DNA from: a virus
Reading direction: 5' to 3' (one strand)
Length of the DNA: 64,000 nucleotides
Virus record (IMG/VR): IMGVR_UViG_3300025138_000015
Shown in pieces: positions 40,214 to 50,092 of the stretch. The stretch's first letter is position 1. Each line of letters starts with the position of its first letter. The notes below the pieces were generated by a model. That model was not told where the DNA came from. It saw nothing but the letters and a program-made list of their open reading frames with translations, and searched no databases. Made by a program: the position numbers and the translations under genes.

Positions 40214-40684
40214 TTATGTTAATGTACAACCGTTGTTAGCAACAACAAACCACTTTGCACCATTCCACATGCATACACAGCCTTCGCCTTGTGCATCAAG
40301 TGTAATTTGTTCTGTTCCATCGACTGAACCACCCCATGAAGCAACAGTAATAGCTGCTGAGCCACCACTGCCCATTCCAGAACAAGCAATTAACATTAAT
40401 TGACCAGTTTGTGTTCCAGCACCTAAATCGAAAACGATTTTTGAACTAAAACCACTACCATTTATAATGTTAGTAAATTGGTTTTGTAATGTTGAACTAG
40501 TTGCCGTATGTGTGACAATATCATCTACTGCTAAATGAGTAGGAATATTTTCAAACAATTGACCAATAGTCATTTTTTTGTTGACAGGTGTTCCACCTGG
40601 GTTGTCAACGATGTGTAGTAAATCATCAGCACCAATTGCTGAATCTGATACTGCTGATAATGCTGATATTTTTTTATCTGCCAT
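40214..40684 (-). CDS. Hypothetical virion protein (156 aa)
   Basis: MADKKISAL...DDLLHIVD; AGGAG RBS; between gp6 and gp7. Confidence 0.65.
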   Translation of the reverse strand: MADKKISALSAVSDSAIGADDLLHIVDNPGGTPVNKKMTIGQLFENIPTHLAVDDIVTHTATSSTLQNQFTNIINGSGFSSKIVFDLGAGTQTGQLMLIACSGMGSGGSAAITVASWGGSVDGTEQITLDAQGEGCVCMWNGAKWFVVANNGCTLT

Positions 40685-40764
40685 TTTATTTCTCCTTTTA
40701 TATAATCCAAATTAATGGGAAACTACTCGCGGGACTCGCGACCACTTTATTCATAACGAATACC

Positions 40765-42636
40765 TTAATATGTAGAACTAGATGTTGATTTAAAACCAAC
40801 CCCAGCACTACTCTCACCACTTGCGATGGTGTCTATTTCACCTTTAATCGTGACATCGGCAGAAGAGATATCTACTAGAGAACCTCTTGTTGCCACTACA
40901 TCGTAGCTGTCAGGAATAATTGTGAAATCAATCGTTGTATTGGTGTTTACTGTTGAGGTAACCATCAATGCATTGATTGTAATTTTACCTGTAGTGTAAT
41001 CTACTACACCTGCAGTAGTATCACTATAGATTCTTGTTGAACCAGATAGATAGTATCTTCTTAGATTACCATTACCATCGTCATCAAAATATTGTGTGTT
41101 TACAGAATCACCTGTAACCGTAAATCCTGTGGAATCCAAAATTCCACCTAAATCTTTGTTGTATGCTGTATTTGGATGATAGAAAGGGTTACCAAATTCA
41201 TTTATATAACCAATCTTTTTGTTTAGGGTCATATTTGAGGCTTTCTTCAACCTTATGTTTGTTATGTTAGATAAAATTGATGTATCTGTTGCATCAATGT
41301 CTTTTACTAAATTTGAATGTCTGAATATACTATCGAAGTTAGCAAGATTATCATTATCGTAAGTATTTATTGTTGTATTGACCAACTGTTCTAACTCACC
41401 TTTTGAAAGTGTTGTAAAGTTATTATTGTATTTGAATATTGTTGAGATAAGAATCTTAATAATTTCTGGATTTACAATCTCAGGTCTTACAGTAACCATA
41501 TTCAATCCATTTAGTTTTCTGACAACTTCTGCCTTCTCTACTTCTGTTAAGTAGTCTGAGTTTTTAGGTTTAATTGCAAGAAATACTTTTCCATATTCTG
41601 GTGGACTGTTATCTTCACCACCCCATACTGCAACTGCATCTGCATTCGGGTAATACTCACTGACTTTTGCTTTGTAGTCATTCAGTGTTACCAGTCTGTT
41701 CTGAGATGTAAAGAATTTGTTTGCTTTGAACTTAATTGATTCTATCGATTCTTTCTCTGCACCACCTGTTGATTTCGATGTGGTGGTAATAACGGAATCT
41801 GAGTAACCATTTATTGCAGTAATTTGTGAAAAGGTTTTTGCACCATCGGCATGGTCTGTATCAACTACTATATAAGTCACAGTGATTATATCACCGTCTA
41901 AGAGTTCTTTTCCTAATACACCATCACCAAAGTATACTTCTAAATAACCTTCTTCATTTTCTTGTGTGTAGTAAACTTTAGATGTTGTTGATATAGTTGA
42001 AATGTCTGTAGACAATGCATATGTTTCTGAAACACCAGCAGAATTAACTACTAATGATAATTTACTTCTATCAACTCTCTCGTTGGATAGAACAAACTTT
42101 GCATTCTTAATTTGTCTATCATAGACAAAAGAATCAACCATATATGTACCTTGTGATATCTCAACACCTGAATAGTTGAAAGTAGTACCATTTTGAGTTG
42201 GTTTATTTGTATCTGTAGTCACAAAGTCATATGATACACCATCAAAAACTGTACCAAAAATATGTCCTCTAGGAATAGTCATCTCTGAAAGTGTAGGAGA
42301 AGTTCCGTCTGCAAGAACAACATTGTTAAGTGCAATATCAACAATAGCAGATGACACCTTTTCAGATGCAGGTGTAAAACCTAAATCTTTTGCACGAGAT
42401 ACTACATTCTTTCTAATTTGAGCAGAATCTAAGAAGAGTTCTGACGCTGCAATATTAGTATTGACTGCACCAATATGTGATGAATATGCAAGTAAGTCAA
42501 TCAATGTTGACATTGTTGAACCTTCAAAGTTATAATCTTTTAACTTATCTTGTCCTTTAAGATACGCTTTTAAGTTATCTGAGATTGCATCAAAATCTAA
42601 TTCTGTAATATTTATTTGTGAACTCTTTGTTGCCAT
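40765..42636 (-). CDS. gp6: Baseplate wedge subunit gp6
   Basis: LDFDAI, DYNFEGS, FLDSAQIRKNVVSRAK, FGDGVLGK, QNRLVTLNDY, WGGEDN. Confidence 0.93.
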   Translation of the reverse strand: MATKSSQINITELDFDAISDNLKAYLKGQDKLKDYNFEGSTMSTLIDLLAYSSHIGAVNTNIAASELFLDSAQIRKNVVSRAKDLGFTPASEKVSSAIVDIALNNVVLADGTSPTLSEMTIPRGHIFGTVFDGVSYDFVTTDTNKPTQNGTTFNYSGVEISQGTYMVDSFVYDRQIKNAKFVLSNERVDRSKLSLVVNSAGVSETYALSTDISTISTTSKVYYTQENEEGYLEVYFGDGVLGKELLDGDIITVTYIVVDTDHADGAKTFSQITAINGYSDSVITTTSKSTGGAEKESIESIKFKANKFFTSQNRLVTLNDYKAKVSEYYPNADAVAVWGGEDNSPPEYGKVFLAIKPKNSDYLTEVEKAEVVRKLNGLNMVTVRPEIVNPEIIKILISTIFKYNNNFTTLSKGELEQLVNTTINTYDNDNLANFDSIFRHSNLVKDIDATDTSILSNITNIRLKKASNMTLNKKIGYINEFGNPFYHPNTAYNKDLGGILDSTGFTVTGDSVNTQYFDDDGNGNLRRYYLSGSTRIYSDTTAGVVDYTTGKITINALMVTSTVNTNTTIDFTIIPDSYDVVATRGSLVDISSADVTIKGEIDTIASGESSAGVGFKSTSSSTY

Positions 42637-43052
42637 TATCTTGCCCTTTTAAGTGTCATGTTGACTTCTTGATTCGGCATACCATTTAAAATCGTATAAT
42701 TAATTGTGATATGCAAATCATTATTTCTTTTTATTGTGAATTGAGGTATTACATTTGAAACTCTTGGTTCAAAATCCTCAATAACTTCTTTAATTTTCAT
42801 TTGTGCAGTTTTGACTCTTCTTTCGGTGTTAAGTGCAAACAATAAGTCTCTCATTCCACCAGCAAGAGCAGGTTTGAATGGTCTTTCATAGTAATTCGTC
42901 AACATGATATTCTTAATTGACTGTTTGATTGCATCTGAGTCTTTCTTAATTGTTATATCACCTGTTATAGGGTGTGCAGTAAAGTTCATGTCTAAATCTG
43001 CATAAACTTCCTTCGATGCTACATTCTTTCCTTGTGATTTTAAATCTGCCAT
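42636..43052 (-). CDS. gp25: Baseplate wedge subunit gp25
   Basis: AIKQSIKNIMLT..YERPF, FEPRV; late promoter at 43058-43065. Confidence 0.9.
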   Translation of the reverse strand: MADLKSQGKNVASKEVYADLDMNFTAHPITGDITIKKDSDAIKQSIKNIMLTNYYERPFKPALAGGMRDLLFALNTERRVKTAQMKIKEVIEDFEPRVSNVIPQFTIKRNNDLHITINYTILNGMPNQEVNMTLKRAR

Positions 43053-43069
43053 ATATCTATTTATACTCC

Positions 43070-44299
43070 CTATTTACCTTTCACTGAAGTATATTTACCT
43101 GCACTTGAACCACCTTTTACAGTCGTTTCATGTTTGTGGGTTGCAAGTGTTATTCCATTTCCAGCATCTGTTGATACATCACCAACTGCGTCAATTGTAG
43201 AATCATTTGTCTGAGCACCAGTGATATGAACTGTACCGTCAACTTTCAAGTTAGTGGTCATTGTTGTTTCAGGAGATGTAAAGGTAGTATTACCAACAAC
43301 ATCTGCATTTAATGTTCCTTGAATTTGTGCATCAACATTTCCTTTCAATACATTCATATTAACATTACCTGTATCAACTGTTATATTAACATTGCCGTGA
43401 CCAACTTGTAAGTCTGCATTACCGGCAATATACACTTTGTCGTCTTTAAGTATTGCAGTATAATTATTGTTTACAATTCTGGTGACTTCTGAACCGTCTG
43501 CATGAATCTCATGGAAAGTTCCTGACCTGTGATGAACATTTATTCTTTCTGATTTTGGGGTGTCATCGATTTCTAAAACATGGCCGGCCTCGGTTTGCAA
43601 AACCTTGTTGTAAGGATATACAGGTTTTGCTTGGACATCCACAAAATCTCCTAAAATCTTTTGTGTTGATGTGTGAAGCATGCCACCGTTAATTGCATGG
43701 TCTAAAATACCACCTCTTGAAATAGAAGATAAATCTGATTCATCAACATATAAAGGGTAGTAAGGCAACATGTCTGCAGTCAATTCCAATTCTGTTATTG
43801 TAGAACCTGTTGCATCATAGTTAATTACAATCTCTTTTGGGGTTTTTGGTGCAGTATCTAATGCAGTTGATAAACCGTGTGAACGATTTGGTGCTTGTTC
43901 AGGATTAGGTCCGTCTGGAGTATCTTTATACTCATCAACAGTTAGTCTTCGAGGGTCATTGAATCCCTTTTCAATATTTCTGTTTAGTAGTTCGTCTTTA
44001 GTTGTTTCTTTATATCCTTTTTGAGGAATACCGGCAGATACATGAGTAATTACAGGGTCTTGTCTAGTTTTACCATCTCTAAAGAATCCAAAAACTGTAG
44101 AACCTTCGATAAGTCCATGTTGAGTTCCTATTCCAGATAATCCTGCAGAAGTTGTTGGTAATAAAACTTGTGCCCACGGCAGGTCAGGTGTCGCAATGAA
44201 TTGTTTATTTTCTGAATGAATTCCATGTATTCTTACACGAACTCTTCCTACCTTTAAAGGGTCTTGTCTATCTTCAACTATTCCATAAAATGTTATCAT
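43070..44299 (-). CDS. gp5: Baseplate central spike gp5 (no lysozyme domain)
   Basis: GIVEDRQDPLKVGRVRVR OB-fold, LPWA, YPYNKV.TEAGH..EIDDTP..ERI..HRSGT, ends with THKH. Confidence 0.88.
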   Translation of the reverse strand: MITFYGIVEDRQDPLKVGRVRVRIHGIHSENKQFIATPDLPWAQVLLPTTSAGLSGIGTQHGLIEGSTVFGFFRDGKTRQDPVITHVSAGIPQKGYKETTKDELLNRNIEKGFNDPRRLTVDEYKDTPDGPNPEQAPNRSHGLSTALDTAPKTPKEIVINYDATGSTITELELTADMLPYYPLYVDESDLSSISRGGILDHAINGGMLHTSTQKILGDFVDVQAKPVYPYNKVLQTEAGHVLEIDDTPKSERINVHHRSGTFHEIHADGSEVTRIVNNNYTAILKDDKVYIAGNADLQVGHGNVNITVDTGNVNMNVLKGNVDAQIQGTLNADVVGNTTFTSPETTMTTNLKVDGTVHITGAQTNDSTIDAVGDVSTDAGNGITLATHKHETTVKGGSSAGKYTSVKGK

Positions 44300-45738
44300 G
44301 CTTCTCTCGGTGTCGCAGTATTGTCTAATGGTGTTGCAGTTTCTACCTTCTGCATGTAAGATTCTTTAACACATTCCATTGTCATTGTACCTGTTAATTC
44401 TGTTGGGTCACCAGTTATTTTTAAATCTGTTATAAGATATCTATCATCGTTTAATTTATCTGATGTATCTTGTTCTGAAGTTGGTTCGGCTGCAGGAAGT
44501 GATAGTTGAATAATTTGTCCCACATTCATATCAGTTCTTAAAGGAACAGTCACAACTATTCGATGTTGATTCAATATTTCAAAAAGTGCATTTCTTTCTA
44601 GTTTCGCATTGTCTCTAATTTCTTGTCCTCTGAAAAGTTCTTGAGCAGTCAAATCCTCATTGTCATCATATGAGTGTCTCATATCAGTTGCCTCAATGAA
44701 AAACGCGTTAAAATGCTGGTTTGGAGGTAAGTCAACATCTACCTCTGAATATGATGGTGGTTCTCCTTCACCTACAGAGTTTTCAACTGTAAATGTGTAT
44801 TCATATTCACCATTATGAATCATAGGATAACCAGATATATGTTTTCCTCTTTTAAATGTTTCTTCCATGTCATAAACTTCTTCTGATTCTAATTTACGCA
44901 AAGGGTCGTATACTTTCATATGAGATGCATAAGCACCTCTGACTGTACCTTTTAATGTATCAAACATTTGTGGTTTTCTATAAGAAAGAATCTGACTATT
45001 CAAACCACCAGGAGCATTTAAGTCCATATCTTCTGTTGGAGATGAGTTTCTTGGTTTCATACTGAATGAAACAGGAAATTCTTGTGCAAACATCTCATCA
45101 ATAGACTTAAATCTAAATCCACCATTCAATGTTTGAAAGAAGAACATACTGTTTCTGTAATTTGTATCACCACCCACATTTGCCTCTCTGACACAATAGT
45201 CTATGATGTTATTTGTAGTCCAATTAGGAACTATAAATTGGAAATTGTCTGGTTTGGTTTCTTCCCAATGGTCGAACTCTTCCATAGGTATCTTTGCTTC
45301 ATTTACAAGAACATTCTCTAACATGTCATCATAAGAACCTCTCAATGTTCTACTTAATCTAGTTCTTTGTAGATTAAACAATCTAGGTTCACATAAACTC
45401 AATACATATGCTTGAATCTTTTCTCCTTGTCTGGAAATATTGTCTGCTTTAAATACTCTGAATGTTTTATCAATACTATACATTGCATCTGCAGTATCAC
45501 CCATGCCTTCTTTCTGTTTGATTGATATACGAATGAATTCTTGTCCTGTAAAACGATAGTTCTTTAATAGATTAAGACCGTCAATAATACCCACAACACC
45601 TGATGAAAATTTTCTATGTATACTTTCAGATAATTCAAATTCACCAACAATTCCTGAGATATCTAAAGTCTCACCAAATTGATTGACTAGTGCTAGAGAT
45701 TCTACTAAGAATTCTCCTTGTCTTAAAGGTGCTCCCAT
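44296..45738 (-). CDS. Baseplate hub protein (gp27-like)
   Basis: Position between gp53 and gp5; FFFQTLNGGFRFKSI, RYLITDL. Confidence 0.6.
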   Translation of the reverse strand: MGAPLRQGEFLVESLALVNQFGETLDISGIVGEFELSESIHRKFSSGVVGIIDGLNLLKNYRFTGQEFIRISIKQKEGMGDTADAMYSIDKTFRVFKADNISRQGEKIQAYVLSLCEPRLFNLQRTRLSRTLRGSYDDMLENVLVNEAKIPMEEFDHWEETKPDNFQFIVPNWTTNNIIDYCVREANVGGDTNYRNSMFFFQTLNGGFRFKSIDEMFAQEFPVSFSMKPRNSSPTEDMDLNAPGGLNSQILSYRKPQMFDTLKGTVRGAYASHMKVYDPLRKLESEEVYDMEETFKRGKHISGYPMIHNGEYEYTFTVENSVGEGEPPSYSEVDVDLPPNQHFNAFFIEATDMRHSYDDNEDLTAQELFRGQEIRDNAKLERNALFEILNQHRIVVTVPLRTDMNVGQIIQLSLPAAEPTSEQDTSDKLNDDRYLITDLKITGDPTELTGTMTMECVKESYMQKVETATPLDNTATPREA

Positions 45739-46448
45739 TATGATGCCATTACTTTTTCAAATTCTGATACGACTCTTCGTATATACTCAGGTCTTATAAC
45801 TTTTATTTTTCTTGACTTCTCATTCTGTTCATAGTCATGTGTATAGTAAGTCACTGGTGTAAAACCTGTTGTTGAGGTGTTTCTTTTATGACCTTCTGAG
45901 TTGACATAATGGTCAACACCATCAGAACCGTTCTGAACGGATGATACCGTGAATGATTTACCACTCACTTTGCCTGTGACAACATCATTTGCATTCCAAG
46001 TTCCACCTACAACACCAATTCTATTGAATGTGGGTTGAACTGATATGACATTACCTTGTTGTGTTCCTGTTTCGATTATTTCTCCTAACAACCATTTGTT
46101 TGTTGAACTTACTATGTCTGATGAGTTAGTTGAAGTCAACCAATATTCAGGATACATTTCTTTAATATGGTTTTCAAATGTGACTTGGTCTTTATACCAT
46201 TGATAATAATTATCCATTTCATTGACCAAGAAAAATGTCCAATGTAAATCACTATCACCATATAATCTATCTGCAACAACATCTGGTCTTTCACCGTCTT
46301 GTATTTCATAGAATGTGTATGAGATTACACTGTTAACAGATTCCTGTTCTATTGTAGACTTTCTAAAGAAGTCTTTAATGGTAACAATCTTACCTGTTGA
46401 TAAAGTATATTGTATTTCTGGAAAGTTTTTAAATAATTGATTTGACAT
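45738..46448 (-). CDS. gp53: Baseplate wedge gp53
   Basis: FKNFPEIQY, DGERPDVVADRLYGD..LHW..LVN, NEKSRKIKVIRP. Confidence 0.88.
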   Translation of the reverse strand: MSNQLFKNFPEIQYTLSTGKIVTIKDFFRKSTIEQESVNSVISYTFYEIQDGERPDVVADRLYGDSDLHWTFFLVNEMDNYYQWYKDQVTFENHIKEMYPEYWLTSTNSSDIVSSTNKWLLGEIIETGTQQGNVISVQPTFNRIGVVGGTWNANDVVTGKVSGKSFTVSSVQNGSDGVDHYVNSEGHKRNTSTTGFTPVTYYTHDYEQNEKSRKIKVIRPEYIRRVVSEFEKVMAS

Positions 46449-46456
46449 ATTTTACC

Positions 46457-47626
46457 TTATGGATTTTTCTTGTTCTTCTTAGAATCTTTTATTGCTTGTT
46501 CACCGGCAGAACCTGCTTTTAAGTTTGCGTCTCTAGCATCTGCGTCTTGCGCATTTTCATCAATGATACTAGGCATAGATTTAAGACCTGATTCTGCACC
46601 CATTGAGTTTGCAGTAATTTCTTGATAAGATTCTTGTGTAAGTATTTTAAGTTCTTGAAATCCTAAGTCCATTTTAATACTTGTTGGTTGTCCTTCTTTG
46701 AAGAAAGTCATAGAAGTTGCATCTCCCTCATAGGTGACTTTACAACTCTGTAAAACCATAGGAAGATATCCATCAACCTTATTTGAAATAGGTCCTTCTA
46801 ACTCTGCTTTCCATGTATTGGGATAGTTAAAGAATCCCTCTGCATCTGATGACGCTGCACCTAATGCCGGATATGTATCAGGCAACATTGCAGTTTTAAA
46901 GTAATAGATAATATCATTTATCTGGTCTGCCTCTGCTTGAGAAGTTGGTGACATAGTATAAGAAAAGGATAGACTTCTAAAGTCAACACCCTCTAAGGAC
47001 ATTTCTTGCATAGGGTTTACTGCTTTACCTTGCATGATAAACATTGCATTACCAGTCATACTGTTTAAAAGTTTTGACGCTGCTTGTGATAGACCTTGAA
47101 TCATACCAGTAATAAATCCTGTTCCACCTTGTGCCGCTCCTCTTGCAAGTGAACCAACATCTTTTGCGGCATACTTAACAGAAGCTTCTTGTTCTAGTGT
47201 TAAAGGAATATGTAATGCAATCTGAACTTGTCCGTCTGCTGTATTCATAAGAGATGCTCTTTTTGTGTCTGCACCCATAACCATACCATCTGATTCTCTT
47301 CGTTGACGATTGATTCTTGCACGACTTGTGAATACTATGTAATTATCGTGTTGCTCTTCGAACGGATATTGAAGTTCAATTAGTTGTCCGTCTGGAGACT
47401 TCTTTGCTTTGTTCTTTGCTTTGTTGTTTGCATTCAAAGACTTCTGTAATGACGACTTTCTTTTCTCTAAAGTCTGTTTTGCAATTTCTGCCTGTGCTTC
47501 CAACTCGTTAGAGTTGATTACTGAGTTGTAGTTCAGTTGTGATAGTTTGGATTTGATTCCTTTTGCACTAGAAATAGCAGATTTTGCTTTATTTACTTTA
47601 CTTAAAATTTTGTTAATATTGGGCAT
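46457..47626 (-). CDS. gp48: Baseplate tail-tube cap gp48
   Basis: NPMQEMSLEGVDFRSLSFSYTMSP.S..EA..I..II..FK, LGFQEL. Confidence 0.8.
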   Translation of the reverse strand: MPNINKILSKVNKAKSAISSAKGIKSKLSQLNYNSVINSNELEAQAEIAKQTLEKRKSSLQKSLNANNKAKNKAKKSPDGQLIELQYPFEEQHDNYIVFTSRARINRQRRESDGMVMGADTKRASLMNTADGQVQIALHIPLTLEQEASVKYAAKDVGSLARGAAQGGTGFITGMIQGLSQAASKLLNSMTGNAMFIMQGKAVNPMQEMSLEGVDFRSLSFSYTMSPTSQAEADQINDIIYYFKTAMLPDTYPALGAASSDAEGFFNYPNTWKAELEGPISNKVDGYLPMVLQSCKVTYEGDATSMTFFKEGQPTSIKMDLGFQELKILTQESYQEITANSMGAESGLKSMPSIIDENAQDADARDANLKAGSAGEQAIKDSKKNKKNP

Positions 47627-47664
47627 ATAAATATCCTTAAACGAGTTATATACATCTATTTATG
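47626..47664. promoter_or_regulatory. Face-to-face late promoters: TATAAATA (+, 47626-47633) and CATAAATA (-, 47657-47664)
   Basis: Both motifs in and around the 35-bp gap between divergent gp48 and gp4. Confidence 0.65.
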
Positions 47665-48093
47665 TCATACAGTGGTAAGTTCAAACCAAAGAATTACAAA
47701 AAATACAAAGGAGACCCAACAAAAATCTTCTATCGTTCGCTATGGGAGCGAAGATTCATGGTTTATTGCGATAATAACGAAAATGTCATTGAATGGGGCA
47801 GTGAAGAAGTCATAATTCCTTATAAATCACCTTTAGACAAGAGAGTTCATCGTTATTTTCCCGATTTTTACATAAAATATGTAAATTCTGCTGGTCAAAC
47901 AGTAAGAGAAGTGATTGAAGTCAAACCAAAGAGACAATTACTGCCTCCGAAACCCCCAAAACGACAAACTAAGAGATATCTCAACGAAGTAGCTACATAT
48001 GCCGTAAATCAAGCTAAATTTAAAGCAGCGGAAGCATTTTGTAAAGAAAGAAGACTAAAATTTCGAATTTTAACTGAAGACCACCTTACATAA
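47662..48093 (+). CDS. gp4: Head completion protein gp4 (TnsA-like nuclease fold)
   Basis: YSGKFKPKN..KYKGDP, YRSLWE, WGSEE, HRYFPDF, EVKP. Confidence 0.92.
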   Translation: MSYSGKFKPKNYKKYKGDPTKIFYRSLWERRFMVYCDNNENVIEWGSEEVIIPYKSPLDKRVHRYFPDFYIKYVNSAGQTVREVIEVKPKRQLLPPKPPKRQTKRYLNEVATYAVNQAKFKAAEAFCKERRLKFRILTEDHLT

Positions 48094-48109
48094 TACATAA
48101 ATAGTATGT

Positions 48110-48685
48110 ATGTTAGACTTACTTGATAAAATTCAAAATGAATCTCCTTTGGAAAATGCTCAAAGAAGTAAAGAGAGTCTTGAATGGTTTAAAGGCAGAC
48201 TTAGAAAGATAAGACAACCAGTAAATAAACTACTAACTGATGATGATTTTCCTATAGTTAGTAGACCAGAGTTAGGCAGAATGTATATGTATCTTTATGA
48301 TGCAAAATACCAAGATTTGATGCCTTATTGGGATAAATTTCCACTCACTATTGTATTTGACTTACTTACAGACGGTTTTATGGGCATAAATTTACATTAC
48401 ATTGCACCAAGATATAGAACTGCATTACTTTTGAGTCTTTATGAGATTGCAGTTGATAACGATGACGATGAAGAACAAAGAGTTGCATTATCTTATCAAT
48501 TAATTAAGTCTGTTTCAGGTCTTAGATATGCAAAACCATGTGTAAAGAGATATCTTTACGGTCATGTCAACTCCAGAATAGCAGAAATTCCTATGGAGAA
48601 TTGGGACATGATGGCAATGTTGCCCTCACAAAAATTTAATGTAAACGCAAACACTGTATATGCAGAAAGTAGAGAGAAATTTTAA
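48110..48685 (+). CDS. gp2: DNA end protector gp2
   Basis: GRMYMYLYDAK, PYWDKFPL, GINLHY, KRYL; CATAAATA at 48096-48103. Confidence 0.9.
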   Translation: MLDLLDKIQNESPLENAQRSKESLEWFKGRLRKIRQPVNKLLTDDDFPIVSRPELGRMYMYLYDAKYQDLMPYWDKFPLTIVFDLLTDGFMGINLHYIAPRYRTALLLSLYEIAVDNDDDEEQRVALSYQLIKSVSGLRYAKPCVKRYLYGHVNSRIAEIPMENWDMMAMLPSQKFNVNANTVYAESREKF

Positions 48686-49368
48686 TGGATATTAATAAGA
48701 TAAAGGCCAATTTCGATTCAGGTGCGATGAACAATAGATTCGCAGTTAACATGTTCGGACCTGGTGGCATAAAGTTAGAAGGAGTTAGATGTGAAACTGC
48801 ATCACTTCCTGGTAGAAGTTTAACAACAAAAGATTTTGCAACGACAGGAACAATAACAAAAAAAGTCACACAAGTAAATAATACAAATGAAGTAGATTTC
48901 TCATTTGTGTGTGATTCAAGTTTCTTTGATAGATATATCATCGAGGCATGGCAATCTTCTATCTTCACTGCAGAAGACGGAAATAGTATCAAACCAATCT
49001 TTAATTATCCAAAAGATTATTATGGTACAATAGAAGTAGAACAATTTAGAAGAGATGATTCAATGGCATTAAGATACAAATTTCATGATGCATTTCCAGT
49101 CTCTTACGAACCAATGGCACTGTCAATGAGTGAAGGTGCCTTATTAAAATTTTCATGCAAATTTGCATTTAAAACATTTGATACTGAATATGGGGATGCC
49201 CCTCAACTTTCGGTACTAAATAAAGGAAGACGATATCTTGATTTAGCAAGAGAGAGTCTTACAGTTGCTAGTCGATACAACAACAAGTCTAAGGACTTTT
49301 TAGGGAAACTTAATAACTTAGATTCGGCGGGGTCAAGACTGAGCAATTTACTAGGTGGTGGCATCTAG
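48685..49368 (+). CDS. gp54: Baseplate tail-tube initiator gp54 (gp19 paralogue)
   Basis: NRFAV, CETASLPGRSL, YPKDYYG, DAFPVS. Confidence 0.75.
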   Translation: MDINKIKANFDSGAMNNRFAVNMFGPGGIKLEGVRCETASLPGRSLTTKDFATTGTITKKVTQVNNTNEVDFSFVCDSSFFDRYIIEAWQSSIFTAEDGNSIKPIFNYPKDYYGTIEVEQFRRDDSMALRYKFHDAFPVSYEPMALSMSEGALLKFSCKFAFKTFDTEYGDAPQLSVLNKGRRYLDLARESLTVASRYNNKSKDFLGKLNNLDSAGSRLSNLLGGGI

Positions 49369-49390
49369 TAATAACATTATGGAGTAAATT

Positions 49391-50092
49391 ATGGGATTAC
49401 CAATCCAATCAGCACCGACATATAAAACGGTGCTACCAAGTAATGGTCTTGAAATAAAGTTTCGACCTTTTCTTGTTAAAGAACAAAAGGTATTGATGTT
49501 GGCAAAAGAGGGTGATGATAAAACTGAATCCCTCGAAGCAGTCAAAAATATGATTAATGATGTTACCTTTGGAGAGATTGATGCGAATGATTTAGCAATG
49601 ATAGACCTTGAATGGTTGTTCATTCAAATTCGTACAAAATCTGTTGGTGAAAGTGCAACTGTTAAAATGAAATGTCTGGAAGATGACTGTTCAGGAACAG
49701 GTGAGGCTTTAATCAATTTCGAGGAAGTAGAAGTTAAGGGAGAAATTCTTGACAATACTATAATGGTTAGTGATGATGTTGGAGTAGTTTTGAGATTACT
49801 CAAAGTAGAAGATACTAAAAGTGTACAAGATATGCCTGAAAATGAGGTGATATTTTATCTATTGAATAAGTCTATAGATAGAATCTTTGATGCAGAAAGT
49901 GTCTATGAGAGAACTGATATTAGTGACGCGGATGTAGATGAGTTTATTGAAAACTTAACCTTTGCACAACTAGGATTATTATCGGAATACTTTGAGAAAA
50001 CTCCTAAACTAACGAAAGAAGTAAATTTCAAATGTGAAATTTGCGGAACTCAACAGAGTAGAGTTTTAGAAGGATTACAAAATTTTTTCTAA
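49391..50092 (+). CDS. gp26: Baseplate hub assembly protein gp26
   Basis: MGLP..PTY..LPS, FRPFLVKEQKVL, DLEWLFIQIR.KSVGE, CEICG, EGLQNFF. Confidence 0.9.
   Translation: MGLPIQSAPTYKTVLPSNGLEIKFRPFLVKEQKVLMLAKEGDDKTESLEAVKNMINDVTFGEIDANDLAMIDLEWLFIQIRTKSVGESATVKMKCLEDDCSGTGEALINFEEVEVKGEILDNTIMVSDDVGVVLRLLKVEDTKSVQDMPENEVIFYLLNKSIDRIFDAESVYERTDISDADVDEFIENLTFAQLGLLSEYFEKTPKLTKEVNFKCEICGTQQSRVLEGLQNFF

Noticed and set aside
40727-40741. GC-rich mini-hairpin upstream of the 156-aa gene
   Set aside because: Only 5 bp and no U-tract; insufficient to call a terminator or RNA element.
47662-48093. TnsA-like transposase or homing endonuclease
   Set aside because: Sequence and synteny match core head completion protein gp4.
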